The notes below the pieces were generated by a model. The model saw only the letters and a program-made list of their open reading frames with translations. It searched no databases and was not told where the DNA came from. DNA of 57,912 nucleotides, the filler included, from Sphacelaria rigidula (lineage: Eukaryota), in NCBI GenBank assembly GCA_964200075.2. It is 8 parts of 8 records of this genome, joined end to end, with 100 filler letters (N's around TTAATTAATTAA, not from the genome) between each part and the next. Parts side by side here need not be neighbours in the genome. Positions count along the whole stretch, not along the records: positions 1 to 7,152 come from CAXNAA020016231.1; positions 7,253 to 14,404 come from CAXNAA020016232.1; 6 more parts are not named here. One strand, given 5' to 3'. The position numbers and the translations under genes are program-made. Of this stretch, positions 1 through 12,488 are shown piece after piece; the first letter of the stretch is position 1; each line of letters starts with the position of its first letter.

Positions 1-587
1 GTGTCGGGGGGGGGGGGGGGTGTTGGTGGTTTGTTGGGGGGGGTGGTGGTGGGGGCGGGGGGGGGGGGGGGGGGGGGGGCGTACTCATTCCTTGCTTGCC
101 TTAACCGTTTGACCATTGACCACGCATCCCTTTCGAGACGGAGCACCGCTCCTACTCCTAATAGACACCTCCAACATGTAGGTGCTCATTACGTTTCTTT
201 CATACACTACACAAATAGCTTTTACATATCTTATCCCCGTTCTGTTTCACCGTCGGTGGCCACCATGTATCTCCTAGTATAGCCATCGTTTTCTCGCTAC
301 TGTCTTATGCATCAACCGATGTCATGCCACCTTCGTTCACGCCCCACATTTCCCCCTCTAGCACGTGCCGTCCCTCCTTGTACAGTTCACATTCTGGGGG
401 GGGGGGTAAAAGTATGACGAAAATACGACCAGACTTGGAGTAGCTGCGCTCTTGTTTGGTTCAGAAGATACTTTGCATTCCATGTCGCGTCGGGCAGGTG
501 TTCACAACTTTGTTGAACGCGCATGTCTTGAAATTATCTCCATAACACATTCGAGGAATGGCTTGCTTATGCGCCTCGCAAATGCAG

Positions 588-1558
588 GTGGAGAAGGAGG
601 TGCAGAAGGAGCTTGATGCTGAGAAGCCACAGGGTGAGGAGGCCCTCAACAACCTCTTCAAGCAGATTTACGGCAATGTGAGGACTCCGTTTTATCTTGT
701 TCTAAATATTTTGGCGTGTGCTGCACACCTTTTGCTGTCGTGTTTTTTTTCTGTCCGCCTTAAGACCATTTCCTTATTTCTTGTCGTTGCGATCGGGGTC
801 ATATTCCATCGTTCACGCCGTTTACATTGACAAGCGGTGTGCCGTCTCGCAGCACAGCAGCCAATACTCTGCCTTTACAAGCATTTCCCCTCTTGTGTCA
901 CGTTTTATTGTGCAACTGCCCGTGGTTGCAATCTAGGCGGACGAGGATACGCGCCGTGCTATGGTCAAGTCCATGCAGACTTCGGGAGGGACTGTCCTAT
1001 CCACCAACTGGGACGAGGTAAAACGCTACCTGACTGCGGGTACGGAAAATTGGAAGGAAACGAAAATCGCCAGTGATGTCCCCAAAAGCGTGCTGCGATG
1101 TGCAGAAGGATGTGCAGATCGCGAACATCTCCGTAGTTCACAGAGCACATGTACCACCAGCCAAAAATGAGGGTCGTGATGTCGAATGTGGAGCGGGTTG
1201 TGCCTAGTCTCGCGAACCTAGTGTAACCACCTATCCCCAATACCCTTACCCTAAAGTGGGATGCACCACGCGGGGTTCTTATCCTGACAACCCTTTTTCA
1301 GGGCGCGTGCATGCGGTATGTGGGAGTGCTGTAATTATAATGATCGTAAATGACTGTTTGCATCCTTCAAACGGCCACGTTTTACAGTTGCCCACCCTTT
1401 CATATTGGTGCCGCTGGCGCTGTGCGATTCCGTCACATGATACCGCTGTGTAGGTGGGCAAAGCGGACTACGAGAAGGAGCGGCAGGCGCCGAAAGGAAT
1501 GGAATGGCGGACATGGGAGGGACAAAAGCTGCCACAGAAGGACGACGATGATAACTAG
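588..1558 (+). CDS. SGT1: SGT1 (Hsp90/Skp1 co-chaperone), last three exons encoding the SGS domain; 5' part outside the contig
   Basis: Exons 588-677, 937-1017 and 1454-1558 have AG/GT boundaries, all phase 0. They splice to VEKEVQKELDAEKPQGEEALNNLFKQIYGN-ADEDTRRAMVKSMQTSGGTVLSTNWDE-VGKADYEKERQAPKGMEWRTWEGQKLPQKDDDDN*, matching the SGS signature (ALN.LFQ.IY..ADEDT.RAM.KS...S.GTVLSTNW). Confidence 0.95.
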
Positions 1559-3169
1559 GGGTATTCGAGCTTTTGCCATGCCACCGATGTAGTATAGTCA
1601 TTCTTTGCCACGATTATTTGAGTGCCTAGTAAACTTGGAGAGGACCAAGCGCGATTCATTCGTTTTTCGTTGTGTCTTATTTCGACAAAGTAAGATCGGT
1701 AGCCCATGCGCTACCAGACTCAGGTGTGTTACTATGTGAGGCAGTAAAAAGGCTGTCATGTACAAGGAGCGTGCATGCGCCCAGCGCATGGAGACGGATC
1801 AGAAAAATTGTCGCGTGCTCAGCAGTCGGAGACAAGACGAGTCGTCGCAGACGGAGCCACCCCTACCCGGTTGTTGAACTGGCACATGTTGAGACCGACC
1901 AGGACGGAGCTGGGGGTTCAATCTCAGCAGATAGGACACTCAACCCTTGTCTTTTGGGGTATCTTGTTTTTGTCATGGAGAGGGAAACGATGTGTACATG
2001 AAAAAAAAGCTCGGCGAAAGTTGACGCTGTGCGAGGGGTATTCGAATACGTGGTACCAAACGATGAGGCATGTCCGGTGGAGAGATGAGTTGATACCGCG
2101 AGGGCAAGGATTCGTTCGTGGAAGGTGAAGGTGCGATGAAAGAAATGCGATGTTCGGTGGCCTACTATTTGCAGAGCATCGCGGTGTTGGCATAATGTAA
2201 CGACCAACGAAGGTCTGTTGGGGAATGGTTGCACAACGTGAAAGCTGTTCACCTCTGTTCACTCTTTGAATATGTTGAAAAATTGTTTCAAGTATGAAAA
2301 TGTTTTCGCCTTTTGGCATAGGCTTGGCGCTGGTATCGGCCGCGAATCGCACGTGTAAACATGAGTCGCTACTTTGCGTCATCATGTTCAGGTTTGGTGG
2401 CGCGTGTCGGAAGATAGCTCAACGCATGCCATTGTCATGGTGATGTCCGCCCATGAGTCTCGAAATCATGCTTCATGGCGGTAACACACGATAGCTAGTG
2501 TGGATAAATCGTCGGGAACGTGCCTTGCCCGAAAAGGGAACGGCCGGCTGACGAGTTACGTAAAGCCGCAAGAAGATGGTAAACACTGTCATATCGCACT
2601 CATGATGTACCGCACATCACTTGTGGGCACTCCGTTCAAACCCAGTCAAGAGTGCAACGCGAGGCTATCTATACACTGCGCCAAAAAAAAAAATCCCGCA
2701 AAAACACAACATGACGTCCTACATGGAGGCAATGTTTTCTCGCTGGCAACGTCTCGTCGACAAGAAATAGCTTCGAGCCATCCCAAATATTTTCAATGGC
2801 AACCGGCATGATGACTCCCGTATTCCCCTACAAGATGAATGAGGAAGTACGAAAGAACAACATCAGTCTCGCGGGGGAGGTCCCACCCCCCACCTACGAA
2901 TTCGTCACGGAGACCGAGTGAGGCAAACCTGTCACCGAGGGTATCTCAAGCTGACAAAATACAGTCTTCGTGGTCCCACATGACAGCCCCTTCGTCCTGT
3001 CACTACTGCCAGCTGCTGCATCTCTCTACGCTCCCCAGTAGTCCCATCACGGTCGCATGCCCAACAGCCCAGTCAGCAAAAAGGATATTCCACATCGTCA
3101 GTCTTTCGGCACTGTTCGAAATACTGGTCGCCCTGTTTGACTAAGCCTATCGACCCGCCACAACACGTC

Positions 3170-6125
3170 TTATGCTTGAACGGGTGCCGGACTCCCTGTT
3201 TCCTCTGCCGCCGCCGTTCCCAAGTCACCCTTCGGGGGCGCCCGTATTACCTTTACACCCTCAGCAGTAATGACCTGAACAAGATGCGCACGGATGTGGT
3301 CAGGGCTACAGTCATATTTCGGGCACAGTACTGCGGAGGCATCGACGATACTCGTATCCAACAAGAGGTCACGATATGTTGTAGAGACCGCTTAGTCATG
3401 TCTAGTGCCTGAGGAGCCACAATGAAATTTTGGTGCCAACAGTACACACTTAATCCGCGAGGAACGCCGGAGCCAAAGTCAGCAATGCTCGGGACTACAG
3501 GTATGGTAGGAACGTACTAAACGTCAAATCGCACCCCCCCCCCCCCCCTCCCCCACGACTGTATAATCTATCACCACCTTGATGACGAAGTTTGTCTGCG
3601 CAATGAGGAACCGCGTGTGTAGCTCATGAATGCACTTGTTGATGATCGCCACCCCCTCGTCCAACGTAAGCCCCTTCACGTAATCCCGGTCCATCACGGA
3701 CAGAGTGAAATTTGCGCCGTACCCGTGCGCGCCGTAGGGCACCTGTGGAGGATCGATGCGGTGGCATGCCAGGCACGATAACCAGCAATAAAAACGAAAA
3801 CCCATCTCAACGGGAACTATCTGGTTCATCCATTAATTGAACTCGACCTGTCGAGTCTTGGACTATGTCCATCAAGCTTCCATGGGTGGGTTTTCATCAT
3901 GACAAAATATCGTGCCAAACGTGACTCGTAGCCCTCTGGGAACCCTCCCCTTCCGTCACCGGGTCAGACGCCTCATTATTTCAAGCCCTGACGGAGAGGA
4001 AAAGATGGAAACAACAAATACCAACGGCAACGATTTTTATGGCGGAAGCCACGGAAGAATCCAGCACCATGCATCATGCGCGCACCAAAAATGCCACCCT
4101 GGTGGGAGACGCAACGGGTCAAGCGTGTTCAACTGTGTACGCACAGGCAAATTTAGCACTTGCGTGCGTAAACATCTCACAAACAAAAATCGGCACCGCC
4201 GGTCTGTCTTCCATATATAACGTCCAGTACGCCAATTGGAAGCAGTCTTCATACGGGTGACGCACCGCCTTGCTGGACTGCATTTCGGATGTGGTGCCCG
4301 TCCAGCACTTTGCAAGCGTGCCAAGCCAAATCGTACACATACAGTCGTATGTACGGCCGAGTTCCCGGGAATCTCCTCACCACAGGTGTAGGAGACGGTT
4401 TCGCTTTGCCACAATCAATAAGGGGAAACCTTACTTTTTTCCCACTTTTCACTTTCGTCGGTCTAAGAAACACACCTTGGGCTTCTAGTTTTGCGTGAAC
4501 GCCGTAAAAAAAACGACCAAATGCCGTTCAAGAAACAGCACCTCGAAATCTTCCTTTTCCATCGCCAGTGCAAAAGGGTTCACGACAGCATCCGTCACCC
4601 GGTCCACGGTACCCTCGTCAAAGGCCTCGACAGGTGAACCATTTGGTGGATGACGACTGCTTGATATTTTTAACGTAATGCACAATCCATGCCAAACCCA
4701 TTCCACGAAAACGACCACCCAACGTGCGCAGCACGAGAGTACGCAGTGTTCAGGGGAGCGGGGGAATCTTAGCCCGATAAATGCAGCCAAAACCAATGTA
4801 CATACACCGTGTAGCCTGAAGCTTGACAACAGCCTCGGAAGCGAACTTGGCGTACGTCGGACAGACGGTGTAAATACCTATCTGAACAGCACACTCACAA
4901 AAACTCATGACCAGCAAGAGTTATCTGTATCACATAGAACTATGCTGTGCCGACCATTCGTGACCGGCGAAAAAAAAGGGACCCCAAAGGTCGGCAGGTG
5001 GGCAGCGGAAGTAGTCTGCGAAGTTCAGCTGTTTGGCTATTGGTGAATCCTCAACCGGACAACGGACGGGTGACGCACGACAACTATTGATTTTATGAGT
5101 CACCTTGGTCTGCGTTCCTAGGTAGTCCATCCAGTACAAGGAGGCCTTGCCCTTGCCTGGTCCTTCCTTGTCCACGCCCCCAAGCAACAGTTGCGCCTGG
5201 ACTGGCCCCTTTCGGATAGCCTTAGCCAGCTTTTGATTTGGTGTATTTATTTGATTGGGAAAAAAAACGCGGAACAACAAGGCAGAGGTTGAACCAAGGA
5301 TAAGAACGAGTATTTTATCGAAATGACGTATGTGTATTGATGTATTCATGTAGTGATGTGCATCAACAACAGCCGCCGACCAGCGAATTGGTAGCAAGAA
5401 CAAGACCACAGCGAAACACTTGCCCGGTGTCCTCGAAACAGCTGTTGGTTTTATGAACAACGAAACAAAGCAAAACGGTGAAGCACGCGTGAGTGCATCA
5501 GATGGATTCAAGGAATTGTCGTGGGACGGTCACAGCAGCAATTGTGTTCACTCTACGTTGTATCTACCGTCTCTGGCCTACCTCGTTTCTTTTGTCGTTC
5601 GCAGATCTTACTTCCGGCCATACGGCCCGTCTTTGCAACGGGTATCGATAAACACGACTTCGGACTCGGCAACATATATCTAACGGCATCTGTGGAAAGA
5701 GGTGATGGGCCTTCTTGTGGGAACTTTCATTTTTACTCTCCAGTGGCGTATTATCTATCGATATAATACATGCATGGGAGTATCTCACCGACCCTTGACG
5801 ACCATTTCTTGTTTTTCTGTTGGATGCAACGGCAAACAGAATGAAGCGATGCTCATGATACAATCGAAATAAGCATAACGTCACGTGATATCGTACCTCG
5901 CCTCGGATGAACGTTGCGGCCGCCTTGGTGTTCAGCTTTACGTCGTTGTTGAGCTCGTACAGAGTCATATTTTTCGATATGTATTCCGTGAAGGCTACGC
6001 AGTCAGACTGGGGTCCTCCGCTAGCGAGCAGCATGTCCTCTCCCAAAGGAGCTATTTTATCCACGTTGCTTTGGTACAGCAGGATAGACCGTGCCACTTG
6101 CGCGTCTGCCGCAATCACTACAAAC
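3170..6125 (-). CDS. PSMB2: 20S proteasome subunit beta type-2 (beta4/PRE1 orthologue); short first exon not found in this contig
   Basis: Exons 6125-5897, 5229-5104, 3742-3578 and 3274-3170 are GT-AG and phase compatible: FVVIAADAQVARSILLYQSNVDKI...YELNNDVKLNTKAAATFIRGE / LAKAIRKGPVQAQLLLGGVD...LYWMDYLGTQTK / VPYGAHGYGANFTLSVMDR...INKCIHELHTRFLIAQTNFVIK / VITAEGVKVI...*. Confidence 0.95.
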
Positions 6126-6391
6126 CTGTGTGCAAAGAGGGGCGGTAGGTATATCATAAGCCTTGGCGTTTCAAGCTTCGTTCCCGGGTGCTATCCTTCG
6201 GATGACGTGAACTAACAGTGCTAACGGTAGGGTTAGCTTGCCCAAGAGAACATCATGATCATCACGAACATTCGCGCTCGTGTCGTCTTTCCAACCCTTT
6301 TGGAACCGTTGGCGGGAAACTGACGTTTTCTTGGGCAAGTGCAAGTTGTTGATGATGCAGCCCGCCAAAACAGTGCACCACTTCAAGTTCG

Positions 6392-7152
6392 AGTACAGGC
6401 TGGGTCGCCCAAGACGCGGACAGGGGTGTGAACACGCGATTAAGCATCTCGATTTTGGGTCGTTTTCTATGAAATTTCGACACAATGTTCAGGACGTACG
6501 AGCGAAGACGCGCCCATCTGCCCCGTACATTTTTTCTTTTGAGTTATTCACGATTTTGTTCCAAAAATATGTTCTGAAATGTTTGGTCGCCGAAGACTCA
6601 TGGAGAGGAAAAAATATATGTACGGGGCAAATGAGGGCGTCTTTGCACATACATCCTGTACATCGTGTGGAAATTTCATAGAAAACGACGTGAAACTCAG
6701 CTGCTGAATCGCGTGTTCGTGTCCAAGATTGGTTCCTATGTGGAGAAATACCAGCCACGAAAAAAATGAAACGCGGTTATGCTGTTCAATTTCAAGTATT
6801 TTTTCACATTCCGACACGATGCGCACGAGGTGCAGTATGTCGTCAAGTCCCTCTTGTCCCCCCTTGACATTTTTTTTTCATTGAGTTGTCGACGCTTTTG
6901 TACCAGGAAAATTTGTTCCGAAAATTACATCACCAATAACATACGAGGAAATGAAAAAAGAGAGACAAACGGTAGGGGATTCACATATACTTTATGTATA
7001 TCGCGTCAAAATTTCATGGAAAACGACTTCAAATGAAATCGCGTTTTCCTGTCGAGAACCGGTTCACTCGCTTTTAGAGTACAACAACCTCAGCCGGAAT
7101 TTTGACGTTTTCTACAAGCGCGACGCCTTGGCGCGCTGGAGGTCTCGTCTGC
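6392..7152. mobile_element. Foldback/MITE-like palindromic non-autonomous element
   Basis: Arm ~6429-6540 (aacacgcgatt..gtcgttttctatgaaatttc..gccccgtacat) is inverted at ~6605-6719 (atgtacggggc..gaaatttcatagaaaacgac..aatcgcgtgtt). A second, more diverged unit of the same design lies at ~6770-7050. Confidence 0.6.
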
Positions 7153-7252
7153 NNNNNNNNNNNNNNNNNNNNNNNNNNNNNNNNNNNNNNNNNNNNTTAA
7201 TTAATTAANNNNNNNNNNNNNNNNNNNNNNNNNNNNNNNNNNNNNNNNNNNN
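7153..7252. other. Artificial 100-bp contig linker (N + TTAATTAATTAA + N); repeated at 14405-14504, 21657-21756, 28909-29008, 36160-36259, 43411-43510 and 50662-50761
   Basis: Identical linker with stop codons in all six frames, recurring every 7251-7252 bp. Confidence 0.99.
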
Positions 7253-7659
7253 CATATTTCGAAGATTTAGTGTGGATACGAAGATTTTAATCCTCCGGGT
7301 TCTCATCCTCAGAAAGCAGACAGTACAGAAAGTCCCACAAGGGTTGCCATGTATGTGTAAGGTGCCACAGAGAGGAGGTACTATTTCCCACAAATCCGAG
7401 CATCATTTTTCTTGTTCATTCCCACGAGAAAATTCGTTTCCATTTTTCAGAATCCCGTTGGAGGAGTTATGATCATTCAAGATACAGAGTCATCAGGCAC
7501 GGCTTTAGTTTACCATGTCTGGGTAGTCTTGTGGAGAAGCACTGATTCAAGCGGACGTAAGCTTTTAGTAATTACCGGGGTACGATCATCAGGGAGTGAA
7601 TCCAGCGTTTAGGGGTTGATGATGGCAGGGTTCGTGTTCAGCGGCGATGTAATGCGAGC

Positions 7660-7997
7660 ATCATGGCCCCAATTTTCAATTTCTCATGGGGCAGGTATCT
7701 GCCGCCTTCCCAATAATGATGCGCTTCACAAGTCGCCCTTGGTCAAAGGCTGTGAGGCCCTGAGACCGAGAGCGTAGCCTCAGCCACCACGGCCAGATGG
7801 CGCCGTAAGGAGTACATGAGCAGTCACCAGCCTTGTGTTGTAGGGGAGCGTAGCCGACGCAAACACGGGGAGAAACGCTGTAGCAGGAGAGGACGCTCGA
7901 TGAGTGATATTTTCTGAGAAAAAACATCTAAATCCTCCAGAACTCGTAAGCGTATTGAGTGATTGATTTGATTTGATTTGATTTGGTTGATTTGATC
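7660..7997 (+). repeat. Probable 3' end of a non-LTR retroelement ending in a (GATTT)n tail
   Basis: Non-coding stretch ending in gattgatttgatttgatttgatttggttgatttgat (~7961-7996). The element assignment is inference. Confidence 0.35.
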
Positions 7998-9109
7998 AAC
8001 TGTCGCACATTGCCTCATTCCCAAGAGACCCAGTCGCAGTCACGATATAATATGCATGTACCCAACGTAGACGAAACGGAAAAGCTTACTAAAGAACCAA
8101 GTAAGTAAAGTGGCTAATTATAGTCAAAACAAAAATGCCGTCAAACACAAACACAAAAACAAAACGAAAACCAAACAAAACCAAACAGGCAGGGAAAGCA
8201 AAGGAAATGAGGATGCGGGATTAAAATAGACTGTACCCTCCCCACTCACTTTGCATACATGCCTTTCCATCACCAGGGAAAACAAACATCGTTCGTTCTC
8301 AGCCACAGTTGCGACAACCAAACCAAGATCGATTGTTCGACAAACACTTCGTGATCCACCTAAAAGGCACAGCACCGCTACAACACGACAGAGATGAGAT
8401 GCATATAAAAGGAAACGTCATTATTCCTTGGACGGACCTTGTGTGCTTGAAGGGGAAGAAGACGGGGGAGGGAGGGCAGGGGGCACTCTAAGACGCACCG
8501 CTGCCGTGCCTTCAACGGACAGACTGCTGACCGACCGACAAGCGAATTCGAAAGCAATGCTCCACACCGGGAACCAACACCTACTGTGTGTTGTCGTCCC
8601 ATCTACTCTGGACGCCGATCTATACCTTTCGGTATGTGTAGGCGCACCAGCCAAAGTCGTCGCGGCAAAGGTTACTGGGTTGAACCTGTGTAGCACCGCA
8701 GGCGGCCGAGAGGTTGTGGCGTAGCGATGGTTGACATTCTCACGTGTAAAGTAGCAGTTTGTGGTGTGCGAACTTGATTTTGTCTCATACGAATCCACCG
8801 ACCATGTGCCTGAATCGAACACGCCGTATTCCAGCAAATATTATCGAGACACTCACATTAATCATTGCATAATATGTACTTGCCGCACACGAGATCAGTT
8901 AGGAGTGTACCCATGTACCACATGCCTTCATTCCCGAAGTGATTGACAACATGCGTCGTGAAAAAAAAGTTGGAGTCAGTGGTGGTCATACACACTCACA
9001 CTTACCACCACTCTGAAGCACCCATCTACAACACCAATAAGAAGACACATGCACTCACACCACCTAGATGCAAGATACCACGAGAGCAGGCGAAACATGG
9101 TCGGCCCCA

Positions 9110-11330
9110 TTCCACCTATCTGTCGACGAGAGCGAATGTGAAGAAGAGTAGTGCCTCGTGGACCAACCGACCATCGACAGCGGACACCTCTTGTGTCTTG
9201 AGTGAACACTCCACATGTGGCACGAAACATTCACCTCGACCATTTCTTTCTACATAAGTACCACGCGCGCTGAATGCACTTTTCCCGGTTGACCAAGTGA
9301 GGCGCAACAGTTCCCCGCCCAGCAAAAAGCCGAACGTCTCCGCCGCACGCACCTTCATTTCCCTCATATTGCACAACATGCTGGATTCATACCCTCCAGA
9401 AAAGATGTTGTCAACCCCCACACGCGCGAACAAGCTCTATATATCCTCGGTACAGCCCACCCAGGTAGCCCCCACCGCCTCTGCCAGCAACCACGTCTTG
9501 TACGCAGGTGTGTGCGATACCTGCAAGCCAGCCTCCAACACTTTCCATTGATGCTATGACGTTATCGGTATCCTATCCTATCTCATCTTAATCCGCCGTC
9601 GATCGGTACATCTTCGCCAAGTCGGCATACTCGACCGTACACCCGCTTCCAACATCACCATCGATTCCACATGAATATTTCGCTGCACCTCTTGCGAACG
9701 ACTGCTATGCTCGAGTGACCCCGCCGTGCGCTGCAAGCTCGACGCAAGACGCAGTCCAAGTCGCAAGAGGCAGCTCCCACTGCAACCAGCGTAGCCCGTC
9801 ATCGTCCCTTTGCGGCAAGAAACCACGACGACACCGCTGTGTCTTTTCCTCTCTACATTTCTTCCGATTCCTCCACGCTTTTCCACGCACAGACTTGCTT
9901 CCATAACACCCACACCTTGTGTACTGTTTCTTCTCCCTGTGTGTTTTTCTCACAACATTGTACGGTGATATTGCTGTCTCTTTTGCCTCTTTACACTTCT
10001 CCCTCTCCGTCCCGCTTTTGCACGTACTGACTGGCTATGTTTCCTCCCGCCTTTTGTGTACTATTTCTTCTGTATGTGTTTTTTTTATCGCAACATGGTG
10101 AGATGGCACCGCTGTCTATTGTTTTCTCTCTACACCCTTTTCTACCCCTCCCGATTTTGAACGAATTGACTTACTATCTTACCTCCCTCTTGTGTCCTAT
10201 TCCTCCTATTTTTTTTTCTCGTAACATGACCCGCTTTTACGTCTGTGCTGTTTTGTATTTACCACTACTTCCGTACTATTTTTACTTTTGATAAGCCACG
10301 TGTACCCCATCGACGATTTTCCTCATATATCACGGCATCCTGCATGCATACACTCCAAAGAAAACGTCCTCAATCCCCACCTCCACGAACGACCGCTCAG
10401 TCACCTGAGTAAAGCCCACCCAATTTGCCCTCGCCGCTACTGCCAGCAACCACACCTTGTACGCAGGTGTGTGCGGCATCTGCGAGCCATCCTCCAACAT
10501 GTGCCAATGATGCTGTGGTATTCCCGTTATCTTATCCTATCTTATCACCGTCCACCGTCGGTCGGCACGTCTCCGGCAAGTCGGTATCCTCGACCGTAGG
10601 CCCGCTCCGACAAAAGCGATCGATTCCACAGGAATCCTTCGCTGCACCTCTCAGGGACCGGTGCCATGATCGACTGACCGCACCGTGGGCCGCAAGCTCA
10701 ACCTAAGATGCAGTACAAGAAGCTGCACGGAGCCGCTTTCCCTGAACCAGCGTAACCCGTCACCGTCCCGTCGCGGCAAGAACATACGATACAATGGGCC
10801 TGCTGTCTCTTTTCCTCTCTCGATACTCCTCCATATTCCTCCCGGTTTTGCACGCACTGGCCTGCTGTCTCACCTCTCCCCTGTGTGCCGTTTTTGGTGT
10901 GCATTTTCTTGCAACATGATGCGCTTGTAATTCTGTGCTGTTTCTTACTTGCCACTGTTTCCGTACTATTTTTGCGCTCATGAGTCATGTGTAACCCCAT
11001 CGACCTTTCCCATCACGAAAACCATCCTTTACCGTAGTGTGCAACAGCTCTTCTTCAAGGAAGGAGCTGGACAGATCGCCGATCCACGCCTTTCAGAGGA
11101 TATACGACGGCGTCTTGCCCGAAAAGAAGAAAGAATACTCCGCAATAATCTTGGTCTGCGTACCGGTTGCCGCACCTTTTATTTTGGTTATTTTTCGCCA
11201 CACTCTCAGCCCCTCCGCTTCTTGCGGACGAGTCTATGGTCTGATGGTCTCAAGGGACCGGTTCATCTCCCCCCGGTACATGTCATGCTTTTTTTTGCTG
11301 TCGCGGACTGGATCATGACTATCAGCAGTT
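9110..11330 (-). pseudogene. Decayed multi-exon gene of unknown family with an internally duplicated exon
   Basis: ~9350-9960 and ~10310-10930 are diverged direct copies conserved at protein level (EVQRNIHVESM..HTPAYKTWLLAEAVGATWVG vs EVQRRIPVESI..HTPAYKVWLLAVAARANWVG). Both contain in-frame stops. A further exon-like stretch at ~11005-11330 also has stops. Confidence 0.5.
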
Positions 11331-11449
11331 CCGCACCTCATCGACTCTCGTCCAGCAAATTTCAGTCAACTCTTTGTCATTATTTAGTCACGTCCTCACG
11401 CTTTCGACGACGGAGATCAGATCAAATTACTTTGAAAAACAATCCAAAC

Positions 11450-11530
11450 GCATCTGGCGGGAATCGAACCCTCATTCGTTCCACCCTGATGGTGTGACTT
11501 GTCCTATTTTAATTTACACCTCAGGGGCGC
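11450..11530 (-). repeat. tRNA-derived (SINE-like) head, degenerate
   Basis: Minus strand reads cgcccctgaggtgtaa...gagggttcgattcccg, containing a B box (GGTTCGATTCC) but no closable cloverleaf. Confidence 0.45.
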
Positions 11531-11539
11531 GGTGGCCGT

Positions 11540-12488
11540 TCGATTCTTATTCCGAAACTCCACATTCCAGCTCATCCATCGCGCCCACCAATCACACACA
11601 ACAGGTCACCCGATTCTCCCGCAAGCCGCCCCGCTCCCCCTCACGACGGCGACGCCATGGCCGATTCGGAGCGAAGACCCACCATATCGAAGCCCCACAC
11701 CGTACGAGCGGTGGAGGAGCTTATGATGACCGACCTTGTCGCCCTTTCCGCTGGTCACGGCTCCGCTCATCTTAGCCGGGCGCCGCCTTCCGTGCTCCCG
11801 CTGCCTGCGACCACTGCTGAAGCGCCGTGGATCACATCCGTATTGACTCTAGTCACGGCAGTCTAGTCTCTACCTTCCCCCGAGCCCTCTCCCGGTGTTA
11901 TGCACACCACACCTCCGTCGGTAGGTGGGTCCCACCACCGGCTTCATCGTGACCGTCGCCGCGGACTTGTATATCCTGTCTCCCGCTAAAACAGGACGCG
12001 GACGCGTTGCACGCGCCGACACCCATCTCCATGCACACCACATCAGTAGTGCCCGTGCCACCGGCACCCGCTGTCGACGACACGGGGCCTGTTCAGCCGC
12101 CTACTGACACTTCCCTCTCAAGTGCTGCGATGTATTACTGTATGTTACTTATTTTTGTTCTTACTCTAAGGAGATGGGCAGGAACCGTTGCCGTGTACTT
12201 GGCTATTTCTAGTAACAACACGTGTGACCGCCGAGGAGATTGCGCTTCACTTTCCCGTGTTCTGAGGATCTACCCTCAAGCAAACCCGATCTTATCGCTG
12301 ATTCTGTGTACGGGTAGACACCAAGGCAGGCCACACTCTTTCTCTACCCAGCACGGGTCAGCCTACCCATCCGGGCTTCAGTCCTCATCTATATCGCTCT
12401 TCTCGCATAAAACACCCCCCCTACACACACACACACCCTCTCAGACACACACGCTGCGTCTCCCCCCACTCGGTCGCTAGTGTTATCA
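11540..12488 (+). mobile_element. Possible 3' remnant/LTR of an LTR retrotransposon
   Basis: GC-rich decayed segment, then a purine tract (aaggagatgggcaggaa) and an LTR-like region ending tgttatca. No partner LTR or TSD found. Confidence 0.25.
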
